From positions 32,001-96,000 of IMG/VR virus record IMGVR_UViG_3300013121_000029: DNA of 64,000 bases; one strand, written 5' to 3'. The notes under the pieces are model-generated. The model searched no databases, was not told the DNA's origin, and saw only the letters and a list, made by a program, of their open reading frames with translations. The position numbers and the translations under genes are program-made. Positions 30,508 to 38,917 of this stretch are shown here, one piece after another (within the stretch, counting starts at the first letter, position 1; the number at the start of each line of letters is the position of its first letter). This stretch comes from a virus (Duplodnaviria > Caudoviricetes).

Positions 30508-31121
30508 TAATTCCATTTAGCAAGAGAGTACTCATTGAATTTTTCGAAAGCATCTGCAACCCCACGACGAATTGCCATAGGTACAGCATTCTTTCCACCA
30601 AAAACAGATAATGCATATGCATATAAATCAGTGATTTGGTCAGCACGTTGAATTACGTCGCAAACAACACGACGCATATCATTATAGGTAAACTGTTCAG
30701 CTTTTGATTGAAAAGTTGCTATTTTAATATTTTCAGCATCGGTTAACTCACGACCATTTGCACTTTGTTTAATAGTAGTAATTTGATCAAGGAACAATTT
30801 ACGATTATCAGAAAGGGCCTTTGCAAATTCAACACAAAGAATGATAGGCATGGTACGAATGTTCATATTCGTACGTGCGTGAACGATTAAATTTGCTAAG
30901 AAGTCGAAATTTTTATTGGCAACAACAGAAGACAAAAGTTCACGCAAACGACGTAAACGATCGTTTGAACTTTCATAGAATTCATCTTTACCGTACAAAG
31001 TCATTGTAACAACTTCGTACAATTGTTGTTCAGCATTTTTAAGGAATTGTGGATTACCGTTGTAAGAATAAGCAACCTTATTCTGTTTTGCGGATTTGTT
31101 TGGCTTATTTAATTTAGACAT
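30507..31121 (-). CDS. rsr: Ro60/Rsr (TROVE) protein, N-terminal piece
   Basis: DEFYES, ARTNMNIRTMP, VIQRADQI, RGVADAFEKFNEYSLAKW; GAGGAG RBS. Confidence 0.85.
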   Translation of the reverse strand: MSKLNKPNKSAKQNKVAYSYNGNPQFLKNAEQQLYEVVTMTLYGKDEFYESSNDRLRRLRELLSSVVANKNFDFLANLIVHARTNMNIRTMPIILCVEFAKALSDNRKLFLDQITTIKQSANGRELTDAENIKIATFQSKAEQFTYNDMRRVVCDVIQRADQITDLYAYALSVFGGKNAVPMAIRRGVADAFEKFNEYSLAKWN

Positions 31122-31151
31122 ATTCGTTTCTCCTCTTAATTTAATCTAAAC

Positions 31152-31180
31152 ATTATACTGTGTTAATTTTAGAAAGTCAA
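31152..31180 (-). promoter_or_regulatory. Sigma70 promoter for the TROVE gene
   Basis: TTGACT-17-TATAAT. Confidence 0.75.
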
Positions 31181-31206
31181 GGATGTTACGAATACCATTA
31201 GAAATA

Positions 31207-31343
31207 TTTTAAAGAGACAAGGGCTAAAAGAGAGATTTTCGTGCTCTACCAACTGAGCTATATCTCCAGATGGAGATAGCAGGACTCGAACCTACGGCCA
31301 CGTCATTAACAGTGAAGTAACTCTTTTATACGCAACTTTAAAA
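31207..31343 (-). ncRNA. YrlA-like Y RNA with permuted tRNA domain (unit 1)
   Basis: Closing stems UUUUAAAG/CUUUAAAA and UAAAAGAG/CUCUUUUA; T arm GUAGG-UUCGAGU-CCUGC; closed acceptor stem; D arm GCUC-AGUUGGUA-GAGC; adjacent to Ro60. Confidence 0.85.
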
Positions 31344-31350
31344 AACTTTA

Positions 31351-31415
31351 TGATGAGTCAAAGTTAGAAAGAGTGTGTTTCACCAAAAGAAGTAACTCTT
31401 TCCTACGCAACATCA
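31351..31415 (-). ncRNA. Minimal Y-RNA-like module (unit 2)
   Basis: UGAUG-UUGCGUAG-GAAAGAG-UUACUUC...CUCUUUC..UUUGACU-CAUCA. Confidence 0.75.
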
Positions 31416-31434
31416 AAAACTTTTACAAAAATTC

Positions 31435-31520
31435 AGGTGAGTTAAAGTCGTACAGAGGATATTGGCCCGAGGCCAGTCTTTGTTAAGGAAAAGAAGTATC
31501 TCTGTTACTACGCAACACCT
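31435..31520 (-). ncRNA. Y-RNA-like module (unit 3)
   Basis: AGGUG-UUGCGUAG-UAACAGAG-AUACUUC...CUCUGU..UUUAACU-CACCU; internal UGGCC/GGCCA hairpin. Confidence 0.75.
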
Positions 31521-31538
31521 AAAAACCTATTTATGATA

Positions 31539-31840
31539 CGAAATTTCAGTCGAGTTCAATTTTGAATTGAGCAGTCACCGGACAGGAGGTTATTAGTCCT
31601 GTTATACGGCCAACATTTACTCTCAAATGTTTTAAGATGAGTGTTTCTGACACCAGCCAACTTAACGTAATTGATACGAATGTTTTAAAGATCTTTTCAA
31701 TTAATAGTTAATTTCATTTGTGATATTTCTAAACATTAACTCTATATCACACAATAAAACTATTTGGTCTTACCTATTAATCGTCCGATCCAGCCGTTTT
31801 AATATGAAGTATCTCACTTCAACGCAACGACTTCATTTCG
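31539..31840 (-). ncRNA. Long Y-RNA-like module with large structured insert (unit 4)
   Basis: AGUCG-UUGCG-UUGAAGUGAG-AUACUUC...CUCAAUUCAA..UGAACU-CGACU; several internal hairpins. Confidence 0.7.
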
Positions 31841-31861
31841 AATTCATTAATTTATATATCT

Positions 31862-31890
31862 ATTATATATGAGAGTTTATTAAAATTCAA
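31862..31890 (-). promoter_or_regulatory. Sigma70 promoter driving the Y-RNA array
   Basis: TTGAAT-17-TATAAT just upstream of unit 4. Confidence 0.7.
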
Positions 31891-32384
31891 CTCTTTTTTT
31901 CATTTTTATTTTCTGGAACCCATTTTTTTACAAGTTCGTCCTTAAGAACATCACTAATTAACGATGTAGCTGTGTTCATTAAGAATGAAATAGGACCACC
32001 TAACCCTGTTGGACAATTTACTTGAGTACAGTAATATCCCATTGTGCCACTAAGTTCTATACCACACTTGCCACAACGTGGTTTAGGAGCAGTGTAGGGG
32101 TCCCACTTGTAAGGACCATAAGGCCCAAATGGTTGATAAGGTTTTTTGTCCCAAGGATAATCCCCTGGTTTTATTTTTTCTGCTTTAGAATCTTCTTCTA
32201 ATTTTTTTAATTTTTCAAGAATGTCCTTAATCATATCATTATCTGTCTTGGGTTCAGAGTTAGTATCGATTGATAACTCATCAATCATTTCTTCTAATTC
32301 ATCCAAGTGATCTTGTGTAGAATCAATAGATTCTTGTAATTTCTTAATTTGTTCTCTAATTGCTTTAATTGCTTCGGGTTGCAT
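31887..32384 (-). CDS. Coiled-coil protein with C-terminal zinc-finger-like motif
   Basis: CGKCG...YCTQVNCP; likely start MQPEA. Confidence 0.55.
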   Translation of the reverse strand: MQPEAIKAIREQIKKLQESIDSTQDHLDELEEMIDELSIDTNSEPKTDNDMIKDILEKLKKLEEDSKAEKIKPGDYPWDKKPYQPFGPYGPYKWDPYTAPKPRCGKCGIELSGTMGYYCTQVNCPTGLGGPISFLMNTATSLISDVLKDELVKKWVPENKNEKKS

Positions 32385-32391
32385 ATTGTCT

Positions 32392-33225
32392 TTATCCTTT
32401 TTGGTTATACCAGTCATGTAATTCTTCCAATTGTTCAGTTATAGTTTTGAGATTATACTGAAAATCATTTCTTGTTTTAACTATTGTTTTGTCTATAGTA
32501 ACAGGAATTGTTATTGGTTTTATGACTTTATTTACATTATATATATTGTTTATTACATTTAGTAACTCATATTTTGAAACTTTTTCTTTACAATGAATGT
32601 GGGCAAGTCCACTTATGTTCTCTTTAATTGCTTGATCGATAAACTTTGCTAATTCGAGAGTGGTCACTCCATTCCAAAAAGCATTTGTATATCCATTAAG
32701 AATGTATTCTGATTTATGAAGAAACCAATGCATTAGTCCGGTCCCTTCACTTTTCAATTCAGGTCCAATTATAGATGTTCTAATAGTAAGATTGGGTGGT
32801 AAAATAATTTCGCCAGCAGCCTTCGATGTGCCATATTTGTTCGTTTCGTCAGGTACATCTTTTTCAGTATATTGTCCTTTACTACCTGAAAATACACAAT
32901 CGGTACTAATATGTATTAATTTAAAATCCATAAAACTAGAATACTTTTCTAATATTTTAGGAAATTGTGTATTAATTAAATAAGCTGCCATTGGACTGTC
33001 TTCACATGGCTTAACTAATAGACCAACACAATTAATAACAATACTAGGACTGTGTTCTTTAAGTATTGTTCTGACAGCACTTTCATTTGTCACATCGACT
33101 TTGATATGGTTTTTATTTGTATCGTGATGTGAATGTATAGAAATTACTTCATATTGTTGTTCAGTAAGATATCTAGCAACAACATGCCCTGCCATTCCAC
33201 CTGCACCAAATATTAGTACTTTCAT
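32392..33225 (-). CDS. RmlD-like NDP-4-keto-6-deoxysugar reductase (WbvR/QnlA-like)
   Basis: GAGGMAG, HISTDCVFSG, YGTSK, IRTSIIGPEL, WNGVTTLELA. Confidence 0.8.
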   Translation of the reverse strand: MKVLIFGAGGMAGHVVARYLTEQQYEVISIHSHHDTNKNHIKVDVTNESAVRTILKEHSPSIVINCVGLLVKPCEDSPMAAYLINTQFPKILEKYSSFMDFKLIHISTDCVFSGSKGQYTEKDVPDETNKYGTSKAAGEIILPPNLTIRTSIIGPELKSEGTGLMHWFLHKSEYILNGYTNAFWNGVTTLELAKFIDQAIKENISGLAHIHCKEKVSKYELLNVINNIYNVNKVIKPITIPVTIDKTIVKTRNDFQYNLKTITEQLEELHDWYNQKG

Positions 33226-34217
33226 TTAATGTATCCACTATTTGTTAACATTTCAAATACTTTTTGCATATCTCTTGTTACATAAGTTTCTGATGAATAT
33301 TCAGGAAGATCAAATTTGGTATATTGTTTTGCATAGTGTGTATGTACATCGTTTATATTAATGGTAGGCATAATCACAATATAATTATCATCATATGCAT
33401 ATGATACTTTGGCTTCATTTTTTGATACTAACATTTCGTGAATCTTTTCACCAGGTCTAATTCCTACTTCAGTTTTTTTAGTATCAGGATTTCCATGAAC
33501 AGCAATTAATGCTTGAGCAATATCATCAATGTAATATGAAGGCATTTTCATCACAAACGTTTCACCACCTACAGATTGTTCAGCAGCTGCAAATAATAAA
33601 TGGATGGCTTCAGGTAATGACATAAAATATCTTGTCATATTTTTATCTGTTAACGTTACATGATTGTTTTCTTTGATCTGGTCAATAAAGAAAGGAATGA
33701 CACTTCCGTTTGATCCAATTACATTACCACCACGAATGCAAACGAATTTTGTATCGGAAAGCATATTAGCTTGGATAATTAAGCGTTCACCCACAGCTTT
33801 TGTCATACCATATAAATTTAAAGGATCGACTGCTTTATCAGTTGACACATCAATTACTTTACTTACATTATTATCGATTGCTGCATTGATAATATTTTGT
33901 GTTCCTACGATGTTAGTTTTAATTGCTTCTTGAGGATGATATTCACATACTGGTACATGTTTAAGAGCTGCTAAATGAAAGATATAATCAACTCCTTTAC
34001 AAGCACGAGTGATTGCATCTTGATCACGAATGTCACCAATTATATATTGAATACGTGAATCTTTAAATTTCCGTTGCATCATTACTTGAGCAAGTTCCCC
34101 ACGAGAAAATATAATAATTTTCTTTGGTGGCTTAGGTAATTCAAGTAATTGTTTTGTTAGCTCTTGTCCCCAAGAACCTGTTCCACCAGTGATTAATATA
34201 GTTGATTCATAGAACAT
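33222..34217 (-). CDS. UDP-GlcNAc 4,6-dehydratase/epimerase (FnlA/WbvB/PseB family)
   Basis: ITGGTGSWG, HLAALKHVP, STDKAV, YGMTK, GNVIGSNGSVIP, MTRYFM, GIRPGEKIHE. Confidence 0.88.
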   Translation of the reverse strand: MFYESTILITGGTGSWGQELTKQLLELPKPPKKIIIFSRGELAQVMMQRKFKDSRIQYIIGDIRDQDAITRACKGVDYIFHLAALKHVPVCEYHPQEAIKTNIVGTQNIINAAIDNNVSKVIDVSTDKAVDPLNLYGMTKAVGERLIIQANMLSDTKFVCIRGGNVIGSNGSVIPFFIDQIKENNHVTLTDKNMTRYFMSLPEAIHLLFAAAEQSVGGETFVMKMPSYYIDDIAQALIAVHGNPDTKKTEVGIRPGEKIHEMLVSKNEAKVSYAYDDNYIVIMPTININDVHTHYAKQYTKFDLPEYSSETYVTRDMQKVFEMLTNSGYIK

Positions 34218-34219
34218 GT

Positions 34220-34945
34220 TTACACCTTCGATCCATCAAGTTTGTAAAATATAGCACGATGTTTGTCATCTGACTCTAGTTCATTTTTTGGTCTTGTATT
34301 TGTATAATAGTAAAGAATCAATGAACGACGTGAACGATCTTCTGGACAGTTTAAAGGATGAGGATGTCCATGCATACTAAAATCATCTGTTCTAAAAACA
34401 ACGAGTCTATTGAAAAGAGGTGCTATTTTCTTTTCACATTTGGTCCTTTCACGATCCCACAATTCAAAATGTCCACCCCATTCTTCATCCCAATCTTTGT
34501 TAAGATAAAGAATAACATTTAGTCTACGATGTACTCCCATTAGATCGTGCCAGTTACCATCAGCGTGAATTGCCAACATTCCGCCTTTATTAATTTGATT
34601 GAATCCACCACCTGAGAGATAAGGATCACAAATGATTCCTTCTATACCTGTTAATTTGCTTAACCATCTCATGAAGTCGCCTGAATTTAAAGTTTGAATA
34701 ATCGAATGTGCAATGGGTGGTATGTCACTATCTGTTTTCCAATTACTTCTTTTTTTAACTTGGACCCCTTCGTGATTGCGTACGTCGTGTTTAGCCCAAT
34801 CAGTGTTATCGAACTCTGCAAGTAATTTATCTAATGTGTTTTGATCGAAAGCGTTATCAATAGCAATGTGGTTAAAAGGAGTTGCAATTTGAAATTCTTT
34901 AGAGTATTGATCGATGTTATCATTTAACATTTGCCAGTTTATCAT
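34220..34945 (-). CDS. 2OG-Fe(II) oxygenase
   Basis: HADGN, RRLNVILYLN, WGGHFELW, SMHGHP, RRSLILYYY. Confidence 0.85.
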   Translation of the reverse strand: MINWQMLNDNIDQYSKEFQIATPFNHIAIDNAFDQNTLDKLLAEFDNTDWAKHDVRNHEGVQVKKRSNWKTDSDIPPIAHSIIQTLNSGDFMRWLSKLTGIEGIICDPYLSGGGFNQINKGGMLAIHADGNWHDLMGVHRRLNVILYLNKDWDEEWGGHFELWDRERTKCEKKIAPLFNRLVVFRTDDFSMHGHPHPLNCPEDRSRRSLILYYYTNTRPKNELESDDKHRAIFYKLDGSKV

Positions 34946-34968
34946 ATAATATCCTATAAAATATAATG

Positions 34969-35487
34969 TTATTTATTCTTTGGTAAAACGTCTATAATTC
35001 TACTATCGCTTTCTCTTCTTATTAATGTTAATCCTGCTGGTTCAATTGGCAATGTAATATATGTTAGTTTATCTGTAGCTGTCATATTATATTCTTTAAA
35101 CCATTCAATCATTTTATAACTGTCTCCACAATAACCAGGATCAATTAATTTTAATTCTGCAGGATCAGTATCATGCATAATTATAACACCACCCTTGTTT
35201 AATATTTTTAGAGAATTTACAAAATCCTGTTGTGCTGAAGTAAAAGAATGATCGGCATCGATGAAGATGACATCAAAGGTTTGGTTATTTGTTTTAAAAA
35301 ACTCAACAGTTGTTTTCTTATAAAAGGTAAAGTTTTTGTGTGGCACATCAACAATATCTACGCCAACGCACAAGGGAACATGTTTTGCAATTTGAGTAAT
35401 GCATTCCCCTTTGTATAATCCTAATTCCAAATATGATTTAGGTTTGATACTTTTACATAACATATCTATAAATTGTTCATGATTCAT
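34969..35487 (-). CDS. Class I SAM methyltransferase
   Basis: YLELGL, FDVIFIDADH, GGVIIMHD. Confidence 0.85.
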   Translation of the reverse strand: MNHEQFIDMLCKSIKPKSYLELGLYKGECITQIAKHVPLCVGVDIVDVPHKNFTFYKKTTVEFFKTNNQTFDVIFIDADHSFTSAQQDFVNSLKILNKGGVIIMHDTDPAELKLIDPGYCGDSYKMIEWFKEYNMTATDKLTYITLPIEPAGLTLIRRESDSRIIDVLPKNK

Positions 35488-36369
35488 TTATAATTCTCGT
35501 ATGAGTTGTGTCCAAGACTCTTTACATGATGTTTTACTTAAATTATTATCAATCATTGTTTGTCTTGGAGTGAATGAAGTATTTAAGGCTTCTTGTATAT
35601 GTTTGTAGAAATCTGTCACAGAAGGTAAAGATATTACTCCCCAACTTCCTTTTAAGTGCGGATAGATACCAACACTTGTTGTTACTATAGGAACATCACA
35701 TGCTGCTGCTTCTATACCAGCTAAATGTTGTGTTTCGTTTCGTGATGTACATATAAGGACACGAGATTGATTGTATAGTTTAACTAATTGTGTATGATCT
35801 ACTTGTGAAAAAAGAGTTACGTTAGGAGGAAATTTTTCAGTGCATTTGTATTTCATAACCACACAAAACTTTAAGTGTTTATGTGCGTGTATTAAATGGC
35901 GTACTAACTCAAAATTCTTAATTACTGAATCTGCACCTACAAATATAACATCATACCTTTTTGGTTCGGGCAACGGTTTAAATAAATCAAAGTCCACCCC
36001 CAAAGGAATGATTTTCGTTTTTGACACATCTATTTCATGTTTATATTGTTCAAATACTGTTTGAGAATTACATACTATGATTGATGATTTATCACATACA
36101 CGTAATTGCTGCTCTCTATACTTTCCTGTTAATGGATCTTGTAACAATGATATTGTTGGACAGTTATGGTTTAGCGGTTCGAACCATGATGCATTTCTAA
36201 TAATGTAATCAGGAGTGGGTAATGAATTTATGTGTGATACTAAAGTTTTATAATCACCATTACATTTATCTTGTAAGCCAGGAATCCATTCTAACAAATC
36301 ATGCCAAAAAGTTTTTGTATTTGGTATACATGTTAATAAATCATTTACTAAATAACCTTGCTTATTCAT
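35488..36369 (-). CDS. GT-B glycosyltransferase (GT4-like)
   Basis: IPLGVDFDLF, FVG..KN, E-x7-E (ETQHLAGIEAAA). Confidence 0.8.
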   Translation of the reverse strand: MNKQGYLVNDLLTCIPNTKTFWHDLLEWIPGLQDKCNGDYKTLVSHINSLPTPDYIIRNASWFEPLNHNCPTISLLQDPLTGKYREQQLRVCDKSSIIVCNSQTVFEQYKHEIDVSKTKIIPLGVDFDLFKPLPEPKRYDVIFVGADSVIKNFELVRHLIHAHKHLKFCVVMKYKCTEKFPPNVTLFSQVDHTQLVKLYNQSRVLICTSRNETQHLAGIEAAACDVPIVTTSVGIYPHLKGSWGVISLPSVTDFYKHIQEALNTSFTPRQTMIDNNLSKTSCKESWTQLIREL

Positions 36370-37100
36370 AATAATTGTGCTCGTTCTTTTGCATAATCAG
36401 TAATTGTTTCCTTTAACATTCCTTTTTGTAATCTTCCACTAACACTGTTTTCATGAGCTCTATAATACATTAACGATCTTCCTGTGTGGAATGTAAAGTT
36501 TGCATTGTTAAGAGCAGCTTCAACAGCAAATAGATAATCCTCACCAGGTAAGGAATGATAAGGACCTACCTTTTTCCAAAGGTCTACAGTATACATAAAA
36601 GCAGGTCCTAATGCAAATAGTGTTTTGAGGGAGAGAATATTAGTATTTGGTTCACATGAAATTTTTCTTATGTTTCTTCTTTTTTGTGATTCTGTCATAA
36701 AAAAAGTATCAGCATATAATATTTGCCACGACCCGTAACATATATCTGCATGTGAATTTATTAATGTATTACGTAGAGTTTCGAAAAAATATGGTTGTAA
36801 AATATTATCTGATGATATCCAGGTAATATACTTGTAATCATCAAGATTATTAATTGAATTAATACCAAAATTAATCGCTGATCCTGTTCCTTGATTACAT
36901 GGGGTCTGAAGTAGTGTAAACTTATATTTAGATTTTAACTGTGTTAATCGTTGATATGTATTATCAATTGAACAATCATCAATGCACACTAGTGAAAAAT
37001 TCATATAACTTTGATTGTACACTGATAATAATGCCTCGTCTATAGTGCGAACAGTATTATAACAAGGCATAATTACTAATATATCAGGGGTCATTTTCAT
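36366..37100 (-). CDS. GT2 glycosyltransferase
   Basis: VIMPCYN, IDDCSID, WISSDN, GEDY. Confidence 0.8.
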   Translation of the reverse strand: MKMTPDILVIMPCYNTVRTIDEALLSVYNQSYMNFSLVCIDDCSIDNTYQRLTQLKSKYKFTLLQTPCNQGTGSAINFGINSINNLDDYKYITWISSDNILQPYFFETLRNTLINSHADICYGSWQILYADTFFMTESQKRRNIRKISCEPNTNILSLKTLFALGPAFMYTVDLWKKVGPYHSLPGEDYLFAVEAALNNANFTFHTGRSLMYYRAHENSVSGRLQKGMLKETITDYAKERAQLL

Positions 37101-37839
37101 CCTTTTCACCTTCCTGTATATGATATACAATAGAATCAAAAACAGTCGTTTGTGTTAAATTATATTCTGTTTTTAATCGATCGAAGTAATACTTATCACC
37201 AGATATTAATTTTCCTTTATGTGGGACTCCAGGATAGTTAATTTTCATTATATTACCCTTAGAATCTACAATAGGATTGCCTTCAGGATACCCTTTACTT
37301 TTTGTAAACACATCAACTGGTAATAAACAAGGCATATATAATCCACCTAATACTTGTTTGTGTTCTGAAATCTTATCAACATATTCTTGCCATTCTTGTT
37401 GTTTGAATAGAGATGGTTTCTTTCCAAAGTCTTGTGATATAGCATGTTCACCACTTAATAATTTTCCACTTTCTACTAACCTACTTGTTGGAATTGTTGT
37501 TCGATTATATCCTTTAACTAAATTATCCAACCATCCGTTACTAAAAGCCATATCAGAATTAATAAAACATATGTATTCAGCTTCTGATGACATTCCTGCC
37601 CAATTCCAACATCTATATACTCTATTCAAATAATAATCATCTGGTCTAGGGTCATGATATACTGAATATGGAATATCTAATGTTTTTAAATGATCTAATA
37701 CTTTTTGCGTTGGATCGTTTGCCACTATTCTTAAAGTAATTTCATGTTCATTCGAAACACAGTAAGTTTTCATTTGATTGTAAATAAAATTTAAATAATC
37801 AACTGATTTGTATATTAATGATATAACTTCAATTTGCAT
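37084..37839 (-). CDS. GT-A glycosyltransferase-like protein
   Basis: WNWAG, FINSDMAF, SGD, VYH. Confidence 0.65.
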   Translation of the reverse strand: MQIEVISLIYKSVDYLNFIYNQMKTYCVSNEHEITLRIVANDPTQKVLDHLKTLDIPYSVYHDPRPDDYYLNRVYRCWNWAGMSSEAEYICFINSDMAFSNGWLDNLVKGYNRTTIPTSRLVESGKLLSGEHAISQDFGKKPSLFKQQEWQEYVDKISEHKQVLGGLYMPCLLPVDVFTKSKGYPEGNPIVDSKGNIMKINYPGVPHKGKLISGDKYYFDRLKTEYNLTQTTVFDSIVYHIQEGEKDENDP

Positions 37840-37840
37840 A

Positions 37841-38908
37841 TTAATTGCCTAATAATAATTTGATTACGTTATCTGATACTTTTGGTTCTGTATATCCTTC
37901 AGGATAGTTCCATTCTCTTGACATTGTAGATGCTTGGAAAATTCCTTTAATGATTTTATTAGCATCAATTGTTGTTACAATATTACTTCCACAATCTACT
38001 GTTTCAGGTCTTTCAGTCGTATCACGAATTGTCACTGTTGGTACATTAAATAAACAACATTCTTCTTGTACTGTGCCTGAGTCAGTTAGAGCAATATGAG
38101 CATGTTGTTCTAATTTAACGAAATCAAAGAAACCAAGAGGATCAACAACATGTAAATTAGATGGTATTTGAATATTGTATTGTTTGATCTTTTGTAATGA
38201 TCTTGGGTGAATTGGATAAATGATAGGACTTTGTATATGACTAATTCCTTTCATCATTTCATTAAATCTTATTTCACTATCAACATTCTCCGCACGATGA
38301 AGTGTACAAACAGCATAAGGAGTATCGACTAGATTTAAGTCTTTCAAAATAGTAGAGTTGTCGATTTGTTCTTTAAAATGTTGTAATACTTCATAAATTG
38401 GATTGCCCACGACATGGATACGATGCTCAGGATAATTTTCGTTTAATAGATTTTGTTTACTATTTTGAACGTAAGGTAAATTGAAACTTGAAACAGCATC
38501 AATCATTTTTCTGTTCTTTTCTTCTGGTACTTTTTCATCAAAACATCTATTACCAGCTTCCATATGATATACAGGAACACCGTGACGTTCGAAAATCATT
38601 GCTGATAATGAACTATTTGTATCACCTAAAATTAATGCTTTATTAGGTTTTTCAGTTAAAATTGCTTGCTCGATTAAATTAAACACGCTTGATAATTGTG
38701 AAGCAAATGTCTGTGCCCCACCTTTCTGATAATAATCTGGTTTACGAATCTGTAAATCATCAAAAAAGATATCACTTAATTTTGGATCGTAATTCTGACC
38801 AGTCCATAATAAGATATGATCCTTTCCTAGCAATTCATCTAATTTCTTAATGATAACGCATAATCTAATTAATTCTGGTCTAGTTCCTACTACAGTTATA
38901 ATTTTCAT
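37841..38908 (-). CDS. UDP-HexNAc 2-epimerase (FnlC/WbjD/WbvD type)
   Basis: VGTRPELIRL, LGDTNS, HMEAGNRCFD, PEEKNR, TDSGTVQEE, TERPE. Confidence 0.9.
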   Translation of the reverse strand: MKIITVVGTRPELIRLCVIIKKLDELLGKDHILLWTGQNYDPKLSDIFFDDLQIRKPDYYQKGGAQTFASQLSSVFNLIEQAILTEKPNKALILGDTNSSLSAMIFERHGVPVYHMEAGNRCFDEKVPEEKNRKMIDAVSSFNLPYVQNSKQNLLNENYPEHRIHVVGNPIYEVLQHFKEQIDNSTILKDLNLVDTPYAVCTLHRAENVDSEIRFNEMMKGISHIQSPIIYPIHPRSLQKIKQYNIQIPSNLHVVDPLGFFDFVKLEQHAHIALTDSGTVQEECCLFNVPTVTIRDTTERPETVDCGSNIVTTIDANKIIKGIFQASTMSREWNYPEGYTEPKVSDNVIKLLLGN

Positions 38909-38917
38909 TTTAGGTCC

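Noticed and set aside
29879-30509. Group I intron or ribosomal bypass restoring full-length Ro60
   Set aside because: There is no non-coding space for a ribozyme core, the HNH ORF overlaps the downstream piece, that piece has its own RBS and ATG, and ~630 nt is far longer than the 50-nt T4 gene 60 hop.
31240-31315. Conventional tRNA-Asn gene
   Set aside because: The halves are in permuted order with a closed acceptor loop and no free 3' end, so it was called part of a Y RNA.
31207-31840. CRISPR array reading of the repeated GAAGTA(A/T)CTC..ACGCAAC motif
   Set aside because: Repeats are degenerate with covarying stems, spacing varies from about 75 to over 300 bp, and there are no cas genes; the structured-RNA explanation fits better.
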